A program made the position numbers and the translations under genes. A stretch of DNA of 63,945 nucleotides, filler included, from Bipalium vagum (lineage: Eukaryota): assembly GCA_037834085.1 (NCBI GenBank). It is 4 parts of 4 records of this genome, joined end to end, with 100 filler letters (N's around TTAATTAATTAA, not from the genome) between each part and the next. Parts side by side here need not be neighbours in the genome. Positions count along the whole stretch, not along the records: positions 1 to 16,113 come from JBBMKC010126390.1; positions 16,214 to 32,033 come from JBBMKC010143833.1; 2 more parts are not named here. One strand, written 5' to 3'. The notes under the pieces are model-generated. The model was not told the DNA's origin. It did no database searches and saw only the letters and a list, made by a program, of their open reading frames with translations. Below, in pieces: positions 11,391 through 23,599 of this stretch (position 1 is the first letter of the stretch; each line of letters opens with the position of its first letter).

Positions 11391-13837
11391 AAAATGTTCG
11401 TAATAAATATTAAATTTTTGAAAAATTATGATTTTTTAAAAAAATTTACATTTGTTACCTTTTTCATTTTATTTGCAGTACATAACAAATATTACATGGG
11501 AAACATGATATTTGCAGCTTTCAAAATTACTTCTATCATGTAGGCACAATTTGAAAAAAAATTAAACATAATACTTGTATAATACTAAATTATGTCCAGT
11601 AATATATTTCTCTATCTCGACTTAAATTTTTTAAAATAAAGTACTGTAACTATGAAATTTATAATAAATTAGTCAGTTTTATTTTGTCCATGTTTAGTTA
11701 CGATTCTACTGTTGTATTTAAAAGTTGTCCAAAAAATAACCAACATTTTTATCATACAAAAATCTGAAGGATATTTAAAATTACATTTTTTTGAAACATC
11801 ACTTTTATTAAAAAATGACATTTGAATAAGAAATTATCATTTATTAACGCTCTTAAATTTAATTTTAAGGCTTGGTTACAGATATTAAATTGGTATTAGG
11901 TAGCTTAAAATTTAAGGTTGTATTTCATAAGGATATGCTTTATAAAATTTCAAAACAACAACTTTTTTTTTCATTAAAACAATTATCATAATCATCCATG
12001 GCTAAACCATTTTAAGTTAGCAAATTAATTACCCTAGAATAAAACATCACTTTTTGAGTAAAAAAAATTATGATATATTTTCAATATCCTCCCCCTCCTT
12101 CTCCCAAAATGATTTGTCATTCAAAAAATTCTCTCTAACGGAATCTGTTAAAGTCTGATTATTATTCTGATTATTAACTTATTCCTAGTTAAGTTTCATC
12201 ATTTTTTCTCCCATAGTCTTAACGACAAGAGGTCAGCAATATTGGATGCACAATAAAACCTTTCCTGTTATGGTAGTACTGGACGTGAGTATTTAAGTTT
12301 TTTGATTTTAAATAACAAAGGAGTACATCAGACATTAGCGGTAATGGTTTATTCTAAAGAAATAACTAATGATTAACTTGGCTTGATTTGGTGCTTCTGA
12401 TGAACAATATTCGCTTTTTCACAATTTCCAGAAAAACAGAATCATCAAAGTATTGGATGATATTGTGAGTTGTAAAGAAAGGAAAAAAAAATGAAATTGA
12501 AAATGAATTTTCTGTGGTAATGATTAATTTCGATTTTGATGAATGAACAATTTGAGCCATTGGTTACCCAAAGAGTACAACCTGAGATTAAGTTACAAAA
12601 TGAAGAAAGCAACTATTACTTTAATATTAATGTTTTCCTAAATTAATAAATATTAATACATTTCAAGAAAAAAAATATATTAAATAAAAAAATAATTTTA
12701 ATTTGAAAAAAATAATTCTTTTATAAATTTCTAATTTCAAGAACTTTTTGAGTATATAATATGAGATAAGAAAATTCAAAAAAGTATTAAATTAAATATT
12801 AAAAATAGTATTTTTTTTAAAAAATGGTTATTAAAGCTTTAAAATTTAAATAAGTAATAAAAATAAAATGAATAAATACTATTGATTGGTTGAAAAATAT
12901 CTTTTTGAAAAACAAAATATGCTTTTTATTAGGGCAAACAAAAAATGCAAAATTTCTTAAGAATAATACAAGTTATTTTAAAAAAATTAATTACTTTGAA
13001 AAAATATTGCAAAAAATTTCAAAACGTATTTAAAAAATTTTTTTAAAAATTAGTTATCGATTGCAAAACTTTATTCAGTTGTACAGGTACCAGTATTATT
13101 CAATCCGTTAAAATAGGAAATAAAATAACTCCCGAGATTTTCTGGTTTAAAATAAATTAAAATATATAAAAAAATATTTTTCAATTATTTAACAATTCGT
13201 TATAATAAATTATTATTATTAAATCAATAATTATTACATACAATTGTTTAAAATTGCATCTTTTAATATTTATTATTTAAACAAAATTGCATTTATTATA
13301 TTTGAATAGCTATAATTAACTGTTATAATTTATAATAGTTTAATATTTGAAATTAATTAAATTAATTTTATTCTGAATGAATAAAAATGGAAACAGAATA
13401 TGACATTATAATAGTGCATCTTAATATTCAAATATGACCGAATTTATTTTTATTACATTTCCCATAATATTATTTAATCTTAAAACATCTTCAAAACTAT
13501 AAAAATATAATCAAGGTCGAAGAAAGATAACCAGTACATTCGCAAAGCCACAAAATTTTCTTTTGTGAGTATATTTTATTTCAAAAGAATGAGCAGAAGA
13601 ACAAACAAAATAGACATATTGAATAAATAAAATATCAATTATTGTACGATAAGAAAACAATTTAAATGATTTTATCGTAAATGACCAACAATTATAAATG
13701 TTTGTAAACAATGATCTTCATTAGATTTTTATTAGGAAAACATTAAGAAAGTCTATAACTATAAGCAATTATAAGATAAGGGTCAAATAAATAAATATAA
13801 TTAAATTTTCATCAGATTTAGAAATTAACTTTATAAA

Positions 13838-13979
13838 NNNNNNNNNNNNNNNNNNNNNNNNNNNNNNNNNNNNNNNNNNNNNNNNNNNNNNNNNNNNNNN
13901 NNNNNNNNNNNNNNNNNNNNNNNNNNNNNNNNNNNNNNNNNNNNNNNNNNNNNNNNNNNNNNNNNNNNNNNNNNNNNNN
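13838..13979. other. Assembly gap (N run)
   Basis: Run of N flanked by low-complexity AT repeats. Confidence 0.99.
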
Positions 13980-15469
13980 ATAATAATGATATCAATAAAA
14001 TAAATAAAAATAATAATGACATCAATAAAAATAATATAAATAATAATAATAAAAAAATAATGACAGAAAATTAAAAAATATCTAATTATTCTAAATTCAA
14101 AAAACAAAACAAGAACCTTAAGAACTGGACGTTTTACAAACCTTTAAGCCCCAAGAGAAACCATTAATAAGGAAAGCTTTTTTTTAACAATAAAAACTAA
14201 TTTGTCAGATTTGGTTTCGGTCAGCTCAAGCTTAATAATGACAGGAACGATCATACGCTCTTTTCAGTCAACTTTCGGTTCTTGATAAGACTGAACTTTG
14301 GTTTTGGTAAGATTTAAAAAATGACCGCAATAATTTTTTGAAATTTTTATTGTTGAAATGATAAAATTTTTTATCTCAACTGATTATTATTATTATTATC
14401 ATTTATTAAGAATTATTAAAATGGGAAGACCGCTTGCAATTGGTTGATGCAACGACAGTTTTTGCCAACAAAGGACAACCAATAAAATCTCCATCAGCCA
14501 CGGACTTAATAAATGAAAACAATTTCTATTTTCATTGAGACAATACGAGTTCTGTCTGAATTATGGCTGAGGTATTAATGGATGTTGCAATATTTTTATT
14601 ATTTATTTATTTATTTATATTTTATTAATTCTCTTTTCCATTTAGAATCTTTTCAAGGATCTCCATAAATGCATTTGCATCAGTGCCGATTTATTGCCGC
14701 ATTATTTTTACATAACGTTTAACAAGGAGACCAATGTAAGTCGTTTTGATCAATTGATTTTCTTGTTTGATCTGCAAAGGGTCAAGTGTTTATTCGAACT
14801 TTTCTCTTGACCAGAGTGAATGTTGGGAAAATATTAACGCAATCTTCATTGTTAATTAATTATTATTATTATCATCATCATTTTTTTGTTTTAATTCTCA
14901 AATCTGAAACATTGCCTGATGCAACTACATCTTCAGTCGGAAGTGGCAATGTATAGTGTCAAAAACATTGTTTTCTACTTTTGATTTTCACAATTTTTCA
15001 ATTCACTGTCACGCAAATCTTTTTTCCAGCTTGATTTTCTCCAACTGGTTTTTATATTTAACTTTAGAGAAATTATATTTGTAATTTTTCAATCGAATCT
15101 CTTTTGATTGTGGAAGAAATTATTTATTCCTAAGCATTTATCACACAAAGAAGGTGAGCGATTAAATATTCGGACATAAATTAAAAAATAAATTAAAAAA
15201 ATTAAATGAAACATATAAAATCTTGGTTTTATTTCTGCTTTATTCAATATTGTGTTTTTGGTTTATCAATGGACGTTTAATTATTTTTTAAAATTTTATT
15301 TAAAATTTTGAAAATTTTTTAAAAAATAAATATATTTAAGGATGCCATTTTTTAGTTTTAACGCCTTTGATCTCTTTTTCCCTTTCACAAAGAAATATTT
15401 AGAAAAATGACGACGTTAATTGTTATTATCATTATTAATTTATTTAAATGATATGTAATGTTGATAATG

Positions 15470-15596
15470 GTAATATCAATAATAATAATAGTAATAACAA
15501 TATTAAAAATAATATTAATATTATTAAAAATAATATTAATAAAACTAATATTAAAAAATATAAAATAATAATAACAATAATGATAATAATAATAGC

Positions 15597-15633
<37 letters not shown>

Positions 15634-16113
15634 TTATTATATTAAACATAAAAATAAAAATAATTATATTATTATTTATATGTTGATTGGGAAATAATAA
15701 TAATTAATATAAAAATATAATTATTATAAAAAAATAATGTGTTTATTTTATTCTTAAGGAACTGTTAAGAAATTTAAAGTTATTTTACCAATTTTTTTAT
15801 ATTCAGAAAGTTTGTTTAAAATTTTTAAAATATAATTTAACTTAAATATTTTGAATTTACTGTAATATTAATCAATATTATTTTATATATTATTGTGCTT
15901 ATAATAATTATAATTATTTTTTAGGCACTCGTATTATCATTTTTATTACTATAAATATAAATATAAATAACTATAACTATAAATGCCATACGAAAATAAA
16001 TGAAAATAAAAATAAAAATAAAAAATAAAAATATAAAAATAAATAAAAATTATAATTATATAATTATAATTATAAATAAAAATTAAAAATTAATAAAAAT
16101 AAACATAAAATCA
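15470..16113. repeat. AAT/AT-rich low-complexity microsatellite region
   Basis: (AAT)n and TAAAAA-type repeats. Confidence 0.9.
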
Positions 16114-16213
16114 NNNNNNNNNNNNNNNNNNNNNNNNNNNNNNNNNNNNNNNNNNNNTTAATTAATTAANNNNNNNNNNNNNNNNNNNNNNNNNNNNNNN
16201 NNNNNNNNNNNNN
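16114..16213. other. Artificial 100-nt contig spacer (44N-TTAATTAATTAA-44N)
   Basis: Identical spacer also at 32034-32133 and 48183-48282; the 12-mer gives stops in all six frames. Confidence 0.95.
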
Positions 16214-16420
16214 ATGTGAATGTCTTATGTTTCCTAAAAAGGACTTCATATTTCAACAGGATCTGGCTCCTCCTCACAGAGCACAATCAAAAAAGATTTT
16301 TTTTAAAGATCTGAAAATCAATGTTCTGGATTGGCCTGGAAGTTCACCTGACGCAAATCCTATAAAAAATTTGTGGGGATGGATAAAGAAATCCTCTTTG
16401 TTGCAACGCTCTCATTAAAA
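16214..16420 (+). mobile_element. Tc1 transposase catalytic-domain fragment, related to the element at 10100-11034
   Basis: CLMFPKKDFIFQQDLAPPHRA...WPGSSPDANPIKNLWG. Confidence 0.88.
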
Positions 16421-16749
16421 CCCGATCGAAAATGAAACAGTATGCAATGACGTAAATTTTCCTCACTTGGTTGATTCTCCGCCATTTTATATCAGAATAA
16501 TAAAAACTTTTGAATTTAATTATAATCAATATTCAAGGTTCAATGGTCTGGGGTCTGAGTTAGAATGAAGCAAACACTATTTACTAAAAATAATTGATTA
16601 CTTATGGGTATCCCTAATATTTAAAATTCTATTTCATTGAAAGTTTTTGTAATTTAGGATGATAAATTGGAAATTTTGGTCTTTCAATAATTCTATAACC
16701 TCTTGGAACATTGTTTGATGGAGACTGATCTTCTTAGAGAAGTCTGTCA

Positions 16750-18360
16750 CTACAGTTCTCATCTCCTTTTCCTTCTTTCATGCTTTTCTCTCGTCATCAT
16801 CGGTTCAAAGTCATTATCGCTATCGTCCATATCGATAGGCGGAGATTAATATATTTCTGTGTACTTCTTGAATTGGTTTGTCAATTTCTTTGACTCCTCG
16901 TTCTCGGATTCTTCGCTATCTACGTCCATTATATCTGACCAGCGTCTTTTGGTTCTTACCTCTTCTTGCTTTCTTTCAAATATTGGTTTGGAAACTACTT
17001 TCCTTGAGTTTCTCTTTTCCTCAGATCTCAACCTTCGTTCCGTATCCTTACTGCCTAGTTGCTCAGGTGGGTAGTTCCTTTGTTTCTGGATTTCCTTCCC
17101 TGGGCCTACTAGCTCTTTTGTCAGATCATCTATGCATCTATCTCTGAGTATTATCCATACCTTCAGCATAAATGATACTTCCCGCTGTAGCGCAAAGGAT
17201 CCTCTCTGATCTATCATCTTCCGGTTGGTGTAATATTGGATCAGCATGTGCAGTGATACTGTTCCATCTCTTCATGGACTTCTAAGTTCATCTGTCTTTA
17301 CTACGGGCTGTGTCGCTAGATCTCAGTAGCCTCTGAACCAACTGTGATCCACTCTGACGCTATGAGACATAAAATTCCGTCATAGCCTACTACTACTTTT
17401 CCTTATAATAACTTCGTCAACTTCTTCTTCGTTTCTAGGTCATCCTCTTGGCCTTCTACCATTTCAGCTACAATGCTGTGATCACATGCTTGATAATCCG
17501 TCACCTGTGCTCGCGGAGTTATCAATGGTCGGTAGGCAAAATTCCCACTAGTATCCGTTAATGTATCTCCAAGTGAGAGCATCTTGGTGATGAATTGAGT
17601 CACTCTCCCATTTTCATCTATTAACAATACCTGGCTCATATCCGGATTCCTGAGCCACTTCTTGTCTACAAAAGGTTGTCTTCTTGACCATCTCTCTTCC
17701 GGGATTACCTCCCACTCTGCATTTTCCTTCTTTGCAGGTTTCCATGAATCCTCTGCGCCGCTAGAAACCTCTACTATTATGGGTTGGGTTTTCAACAAGT
17801 AGCATTCCATGCCATCTTCTCCCTTAATCTCGTTCGATGTTTGCGTTTCTGCGAGAAATTCTTCTACTCTAACTTCTTTTCCTCTATTCTCTAGGATTAG
17901 TGACCAACATAATACATTATTATACATAACTCTCTTCTACTCGCTTGAAACATGAAATTTGATTGATCAGCTTTATCTTCCAACACGGTTCCAAAATCCA
18001 TCCTACTCCATTGTTTGGTAACGGTTGTATCTCTGTTGACAGCTTCAAACTTGATAGCTTCCTCATCTTTCTTCTTCGCTCTCTTCTCCATCGCTTCTTG
18101 ATATGGCAACACAACTCTCCTGTTGCCATGATAATCAGTACTGCTCCACACGTTCCTGTGGTCATGACCCAATTGGTCATTCTCTCAATTGACTGAAATT
18201 CTTTTTTTTCCTTCTCGAGATTCTCCAAGTTTTCGTACTAACAATCTTTTAATGTTGACCACAATATGGTACTGAAACGTCTATGTGCCGTCAATGCTCG
18301 CCATCCACATCTCGGAGTAAATAATGCTTCTTCTTCATCCATGTTTACCATACCCATTTT
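16750..18360 (-). pseudogene. Retroelement-like accessory ORF with degenerate DEDDh (REX/ISG20/RNase T-like) exonuclease fold
   Basis: Purine-rich, higher-GC frameshifted ORF; core 17150-17660: VLLIDE..TLTDTSG..YRPLITPRAQVTDY...IVAEMVEG..LL*GKVVVGYD..GY*DLAT..SLHML..QRG; acidic/basic low-complexity tail. Confidence 0.6.
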
Positions 18361-18739
18361 GTAAGTGGAATTAAACCATATTATCAATAATTCCACTATT
18401 CGGTATCTTTGTTAATTTAAACTTTCTTTTGCAATTCTATAACTTTTTCTCTGATTTGCCATATAAATTCAACTTTAAAAGAGAAGGCCTTGTCAGGAGC
18501 TTGCCGCCTGATAAATATACTGTAGTCGCAGATGAAGGGTTCGTTGCTTTGCAACTTCATCTTTGATTACTTGTTTAATTACTTTTTATTAAATTAAAGT
18601 TTCCGAAATCATCATGTTAATCTGTTCAGTATTATCGAGAAGAAAATCCATAATACAAAAATATATTTCAAAAACAAGAATTTCGTTTCTGTTCTGATTA
18701 TTTAAATAATAATCATTAATAAAATTCAATTATTTCCAT

Positions 18740-19730
18740 TACATCTCTCGAAGAAATCAAGAATTACGAGAAAATATTTTTGGCCAAAAATGGAACACGA
18801 CCTTAGAAATTGGTGTCAGTCGTGTAAAATTTGTCAAATCCCAAGAGGAACAGGAGCAAGAACAAAAGTACCACTAAGACCAATTACAACTCCTGCAGCA
18901 CCAATAGAAATGGTGGCAATGGACATCGTTTCTGTTGCCAGAAGCGATATTGGGAAGCAAATTTATAATTGTTTTATGTGATTACTTTACTAAGTGGCCA
19001 GAAGCGTACCTAATGAAGGATCAAAAAGCAGCGACCATAGCCAAAAGCTTTGTGGAAGAAATCATTTTTAGGTACGGCGCACCAAGGAAATTATTGACGG
19101 ACAAAGACACTAATTTTATGAGCTAGTTGATCAAAGAGATATGTGTGCTATTTGCGATTTTGAAACTTAATACGTCACCGTATAGACGACAGACGGATGG
19201 AGTAGTGGAGAGATTCAATGGGCCTCTATTCAAAATGTTGTCATCATACACAAATAAACAGCAAACTGATTGGGATTTGCACATTCCATCGTGTTTATAT
19301 GCGTATCGTAACGCAGTACATCCAGTAACAGGGCAGACGCCTTTTTAACTGATGTATCTTAGGAATAATAATATGCCAATTGATTTGGATTATGTCAAAG
19401 CAACATCACAATATTTGGAAGAGGAGGATTATAAAATTGTGATTCAAGAGAGACTGCAGAAAGCCTGGGCAAAGACAGGACTCAATATAAAATATGGACA
19501 AAAGAAGTACAAAGAGCGTTATGACAAATCGGCAAAAGGATACAATTTCAGAGTTGGTAACAAAGTGATGGTCGAAACACAGAGCTGATTAGAGGCAAAA
19601 CACAGAAGCTGCAAAGAACGTTTAAAGGTCCGAATACCGTGGAGAAAGTGACACCAACAAATTTGGCATTAATAAGCACACGAAAATCAGGATCATCGTC
19701 TATTATGCATTCAAATCGTTGTAAGAAATG
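18740..19730 (+). mobile_element. Ty3/Gypsy integrase (HHCC tail, DDE core, GPY/F region), pseudogenised
   Basis: FWPKM..WCQSCKICQ, EMVAMDIV, CDYFTKWPEAY, RYGAPRKLLTDKDTNF, TSPYRRQTDGVVERFN, YAYRNAVHPVTGQTPF, KLQRTFKGP. Confidence 0.95.
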
Positions 19731-19749
19731 GGTGAAACAGGTCAAGGAA

Positions 19750-20400
19750 CGATACCCGTTACGATCCAGAAAGCAGAGGAACCTAGTAACAAGTGTTAAA
19801 CCATCAAGATGGCTTTGGCTACCATTCATAATGCTATGTGGAACAGCAGGAGGAGCAGAAACGAAGGAAATCAAGGTCAGTGTGAGAATTTCCGGCATCA
19901 GGATAACAGGGATTTTAATTTTAATATTTTAGGTATTTTAATTATTTGGCATATTTAATACATTATGTATATATTTTTTATTTTATATTTTATATATTTT
20001 TATCTTTATTAAATTCATATTTTTCTTGTTTCTGTATGTTACTTTTACAAAGAATGTTTTTAGGTCTATCCTCTATGACCTATTTTTTTATTTTAAAAAG
20101 TTGGGGTCCTGTCTTCAAAATAAAAGACCAGGCTGTTTTTGCAAGAATGATGGGAAAAGTCATTTACAGTTATAAAAGCGCAGTAGTAAATGTTCCGTTG
20201 AGGAGACCTGAAGAGTGCACAAAAGAATTACCTGTCATTTTGCAGAAAAAGCAACGATTTGTGGCACTAGTCACCAAAATTTTGAGCAAGACTTCAAATC
20301 GTGCGAAGATGTCATAATTGGATCTCTAGATGGTTCGTCTCGAAAGCAGAAAAGTTCTTTTGGGATAACATCCAAAGATTGACGGAAGAAATGTGTCAAT
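19750..20400 (+). pseudogene. env-like glycoprotein remnant (signal peptide in frame with integrase plus chuvirus-glycoprotein-like fragment)
   Basis: RYPLRSR then RWLWLPFIMLCGTAGG-AE (19807-19857); 20126-20317 AVFARMMGKVIYSYKSAVVNVPLRRPEECTKELPVILQKKQRFVALVTKIL resembles the recalled chuviral G motif GEVxxxxKCxxVxVxxRxxxxCxxELPV...FxxPxTxIL. Confidence 0.65.
19915..20115 (-). repeat. Partial inverted copy of the mini-element at 22581-22834, lying within the env remnant
   Basis: Revcomp GACAGGACCCCAACTTTTTAAAATAAAAAATAGGTCATAGAG...AAAATATGAATTTAA matches 22607-22750. Confidence 0.85.
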
Positions 20401-20549
20401 AACAATGGCCATTATTTTGAATAAATTATTTTTCATTTTTGTTTCGAAATTACTAGGCTTCGGTTATTAAAAATTCCTCATTATTTATTTGTACTCATAA
20501 TAGTTCTTCAATTAGTAATAAAAAAAAGTATGGATTTTTCTCTAATCAA

Positions 20550-21125
20550 CACAGGAAACCAAAAACGAGAAAGAAGAAAAAAGTGGTACCAACGGCGAAA
20601 TATATAAAAATTAAACGAAAACCAAAAATGGTACCAATAAGATATACGTTATTAACAGGATTGCGAACACAAATATAACTAGCATTATATTCTTTTTTAT
20701 ACGATGAGATACCATGCGAAGAAAAGGTAGTAACTGAATTTTCAGATGAGAAGTTACCAGAACAAGAATTAGATAAAGATAAAGTAACCATATTGAATAT
20801 CCCCGAATATAAACATCGTGTTAATATGCTGAAAATGAATAATCAAAGGAAATACAGAAACGACTATAAAAGCGTGGTAAAAGTGAAAATGAATCGTCGA
20901 GTTTTATTACCGTTAATAGAATCAGGAGCAACAGTATCGATTATTAATAATAATGTTTTGACAGAGAAGAATAGGATGCAATCAGAATCAGGTGCTCAAA
21001 AAGTATCATGACAGAATTTTGAGTTTTGAGGTAAAGTATTATACCAAGTAGAACTGGGAGGTCACAAAATAGGGTATGGTCTGAGAGTGATGGCCAACTG
21101 TTCATATGGCCGACTGAATATTGAT
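20550..21125 (+). mobile_element. Gypsy gag-end/retropepsin remnant
   Basis: VKVKMNRRVLLPLIESGATVSIIN (degenerate LIDSGA protease motif) followed by GKVLYQVELGG. Confidence 0.65.
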
Positions 21126-22072
21126 CTGGATGGATATTCTATTTCAAGCTTAAGAAATTTCAACTACCGTGCTACGTAAATTTAAAGAATAAATTAATAT
21201 TTTTTAAAGACAAAGTTAAAAACCAAAATATTTATAAGAGATTTGATCAGAAAGAAGATCAATAGCAATAATTATGTCCTAATTCGAAATAGCATCTTTT
21301 GTTGCAGCATTCCTTGACGCACTCATGTCGTGGAACCTGCGTATGTCTTAAGTAACCTGAATATTATTTGGCCATAAAATACCATAGGCAAATATAAAAT
21401 CGCTTACAAAGCGATCCATGTGTCACGTCAAGTATCCCAAAATTAAGTACCAAAATACAAATTTTTATATATATATATATTAAAATACAATTATTTAAGT
21501 AATACTGAAGTTGATTAAGTGTTTTGGTACAATTTTGGTACAGATTTTTATTAATTTAAAAAAAATAACCAATAATTTGAATAGAAAATTAAATATATCA
21601 GCTTCTAATTTTAAATATTGACATATGAAATAGTCCATTTAAAAAAATAATATTTGTATTGTGTAATTCTGCTGCTTGAGTATGAAGCTAAAGAAATTTC
21701 ATTTAGCGTCGTACGTAAATTTAAAGAATAAATGAATATGTTTTTCAAGACTGACATAAAATTTTATTTATCAGTTTCAAACTGTAAAGCTAATATTTAT
21801 TATTTAGAAAATATAAATTATATAAATCGTAAAAGATATAAAAATGAATTTTTAAAACTAAATTGACAACTTTGGTTTTAGGCAATAAAAAACAATAGCA
21901 AGTCAGTTAAAAACCAAAATATTTAATCGAAACTTGATCCAAAATATCCATCAGTACAAAAATTAATTCTATTTAGAATATCACATAATTTACTGCAACA
22001 TTTTGTTCTGCACTCATGGTATTGAACTTGATAAATAGTAAAAATGTAAAAAATGTAAAATAGACATCTAAA

Positions 22073-22510
22073 CATTTACCAGATCGTCATTTTGCTGATT
22101 TTGAAATGATAAATGAAATGAGAATTATTCAAAATCTAACCTCAACAGAAAAACTTGAAAGAGCTTTAGTAAAATTAATCGTGAAGAGTAACCTAACAAT
22201 AAACTTCAAAGATCAATTACTATTTCTCTTAATGAAGCGAGTTCTGATCTAGAAAGCCATGCTTTCGCATCTAAAAATTAAACAAAGTTTGCAAAGGCGA
22301 AGCCTCGTTTCAATATTGGTAATAAAGTTCTAATTGTTAAATATAAAAAATTAATTTTAAAAGGTTACACAATAAAACGGACAGATGGAATATTTATTAT
22401 AAATAAAATTTATTATATAAATCCTATTGTTTATGGCATTATGTATTTAAATGATGAAAGTTTATTAGGGAGATTTTATGAGAATGAGTTGCAACAATGT
22501 TACTTGAGAT
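22073..22510 (+). mobile_element. Polinton/Maverick relic: PLA2-like protein C-terminus joined by deletion to integrase C-terminus
   Basis: DRHFADFEMINEMRIIQNLTSTEKLERALVKLIVKS (22073-22195); KPRFNIGNKVLIVKYKKLILKGYTIKRTDGIFIINKIYYINPIVYGIMYLNDESLLGRFYENELQ (pattern of Polinton integrase C-terminus). Confidence 0.85.
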
Positions 22511-22580
22511 ATAAAACTGAGTTTTGAAAAAATATTTTTTTATAATTTAATTTGCGAAATATTCATTTATATTAGTAATA

Positions 22581-22834
22581 AGTAGCTAGTTAAACCAGAC
22601 TTTCATGACAGGACCCCAACTTTTAAAATGAAAAACAGGTCATAGAGTAGACACTTAAAAAATATTTGTAAAAAAAACATACAAAAACACAAAAATATGA
22701 ATTTAAGAAAGATAAAAATATTTAAAATATAAAATAAAAAATATACCTAAAATATTTTTTCACAAAATTCAGGATGTTTTTTATAAAAAAAAGATTGAGA
22801 ATCCTCTCCTTAAAGTCTGGTTTTACTATCTACT
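22581..22834. mobile_element. 254-bp TIR-bounded non-autonomous mini-element
   Basis: Left AGTAGCTAGTTAAACCAGACTTT vs right revcomp AGTAGATAGTAAAACCAGACTTT (21/23); second partial copy at 19915-20115; no clear TSD. Confidence 0.7.
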
Positions 22835-23233
22835 CTTTTTTCATTACTTTTTTTTAAACACTAAAAAATCAAATTTTTTATTAAAAAATGGAAAAAATCT
22901 TAAAACTTAGAAAAAATCTAGATAACTTATCTGAAGAAGACTTAAATAAAATAGAAAGTAAATCTTCACAAAATAAATATTATGAAATACTTTTAAGAGC
23001 AAAAAATTACAATTTAAAAGAAAAAGATTTATTATAATTGCTATAATTAAATTATTGTACATTTGAACCATATAAAAATAAAATAAAACAACAAAATGAA
23101 ATTCTAAATGCTATTATTATTTATAATTACTTGAAAATAAATGCGAGCAAAACTCTTAAAAGCACAGCTTCCGAAAATTAAAGAGTGAAAATATTTTAAT
23201 TTTATCAAAATAAATTAATAAAATTTTTAAATA

Positions 23234-23341
23234 ATGACTGCAAAATGGTATTGTGTAATTTGTGAAAACGATATTTCTAAAATAAATAAAAGTCATCATG
23301 AAGATACAAAAATACATGAAAAAAATATTCAACGAAAATAA
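23234..23341 (+). pseudogene. Small C2H2-type zinc-finger ORF, probably a Polinton accessory gene
   Basis: MTAKWYCVICENDISKINKSHHEDTKIHEKN (CxxC...H...H), located between two Polinton integrase relics. Confidence 0.5.
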
Positions 23342-23599
23342 TAAAAAAGCAACGATATCAACAAATAAAAACAATTACATCAATAAAAAAACAAAAACTG
23401 AACAAATTTTATCAACGACTAATAATAAAATTTGAATATCCAAAATATCCAAGAAAAATTTCCATATTTTGTTCGAAAGTTGGGGGCGACTTACAGTTTT
23501 AAATTACAAATAATAATTTTTTTTTAAAATTTACAACAGGAAAATATTTAGGAGAAATTCATTTAAAATCTTTAAACCCATTTAATATAAACAAACCCA

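Noticed and set aside
14100-15420. Compact virus-like ORF relics on the minus strand (also 30700-31900 and a NUMOD1-like stretch near 47090-47200)
   Set aside because: Coding-like, but no diagnostic motif could be recognised with confidence
15448-15645. Poly-Ile/Asn ORFs (also 13769-14107, 43225-43443, 59949-60332, 61419-61766)
   Set aside because: Translations of AAT/TTA microsatellites and low-complexity DNA
16158-16169. TTAATTAATTAA palindrome recurring three times between N runs
   Set aside because: Exact 44N+12+44N structure with six-frame stops is an assembly linker, not biology
16750-21125. One intact LTR element containing exonuclease, integrase, env and protease
   Set aside because: Orientation and order are inconsistent (exonuclease head-to-head with a 5'-truncated integrase, protease after env) and no paired LTRs were seen; these are fragments of more than one copy
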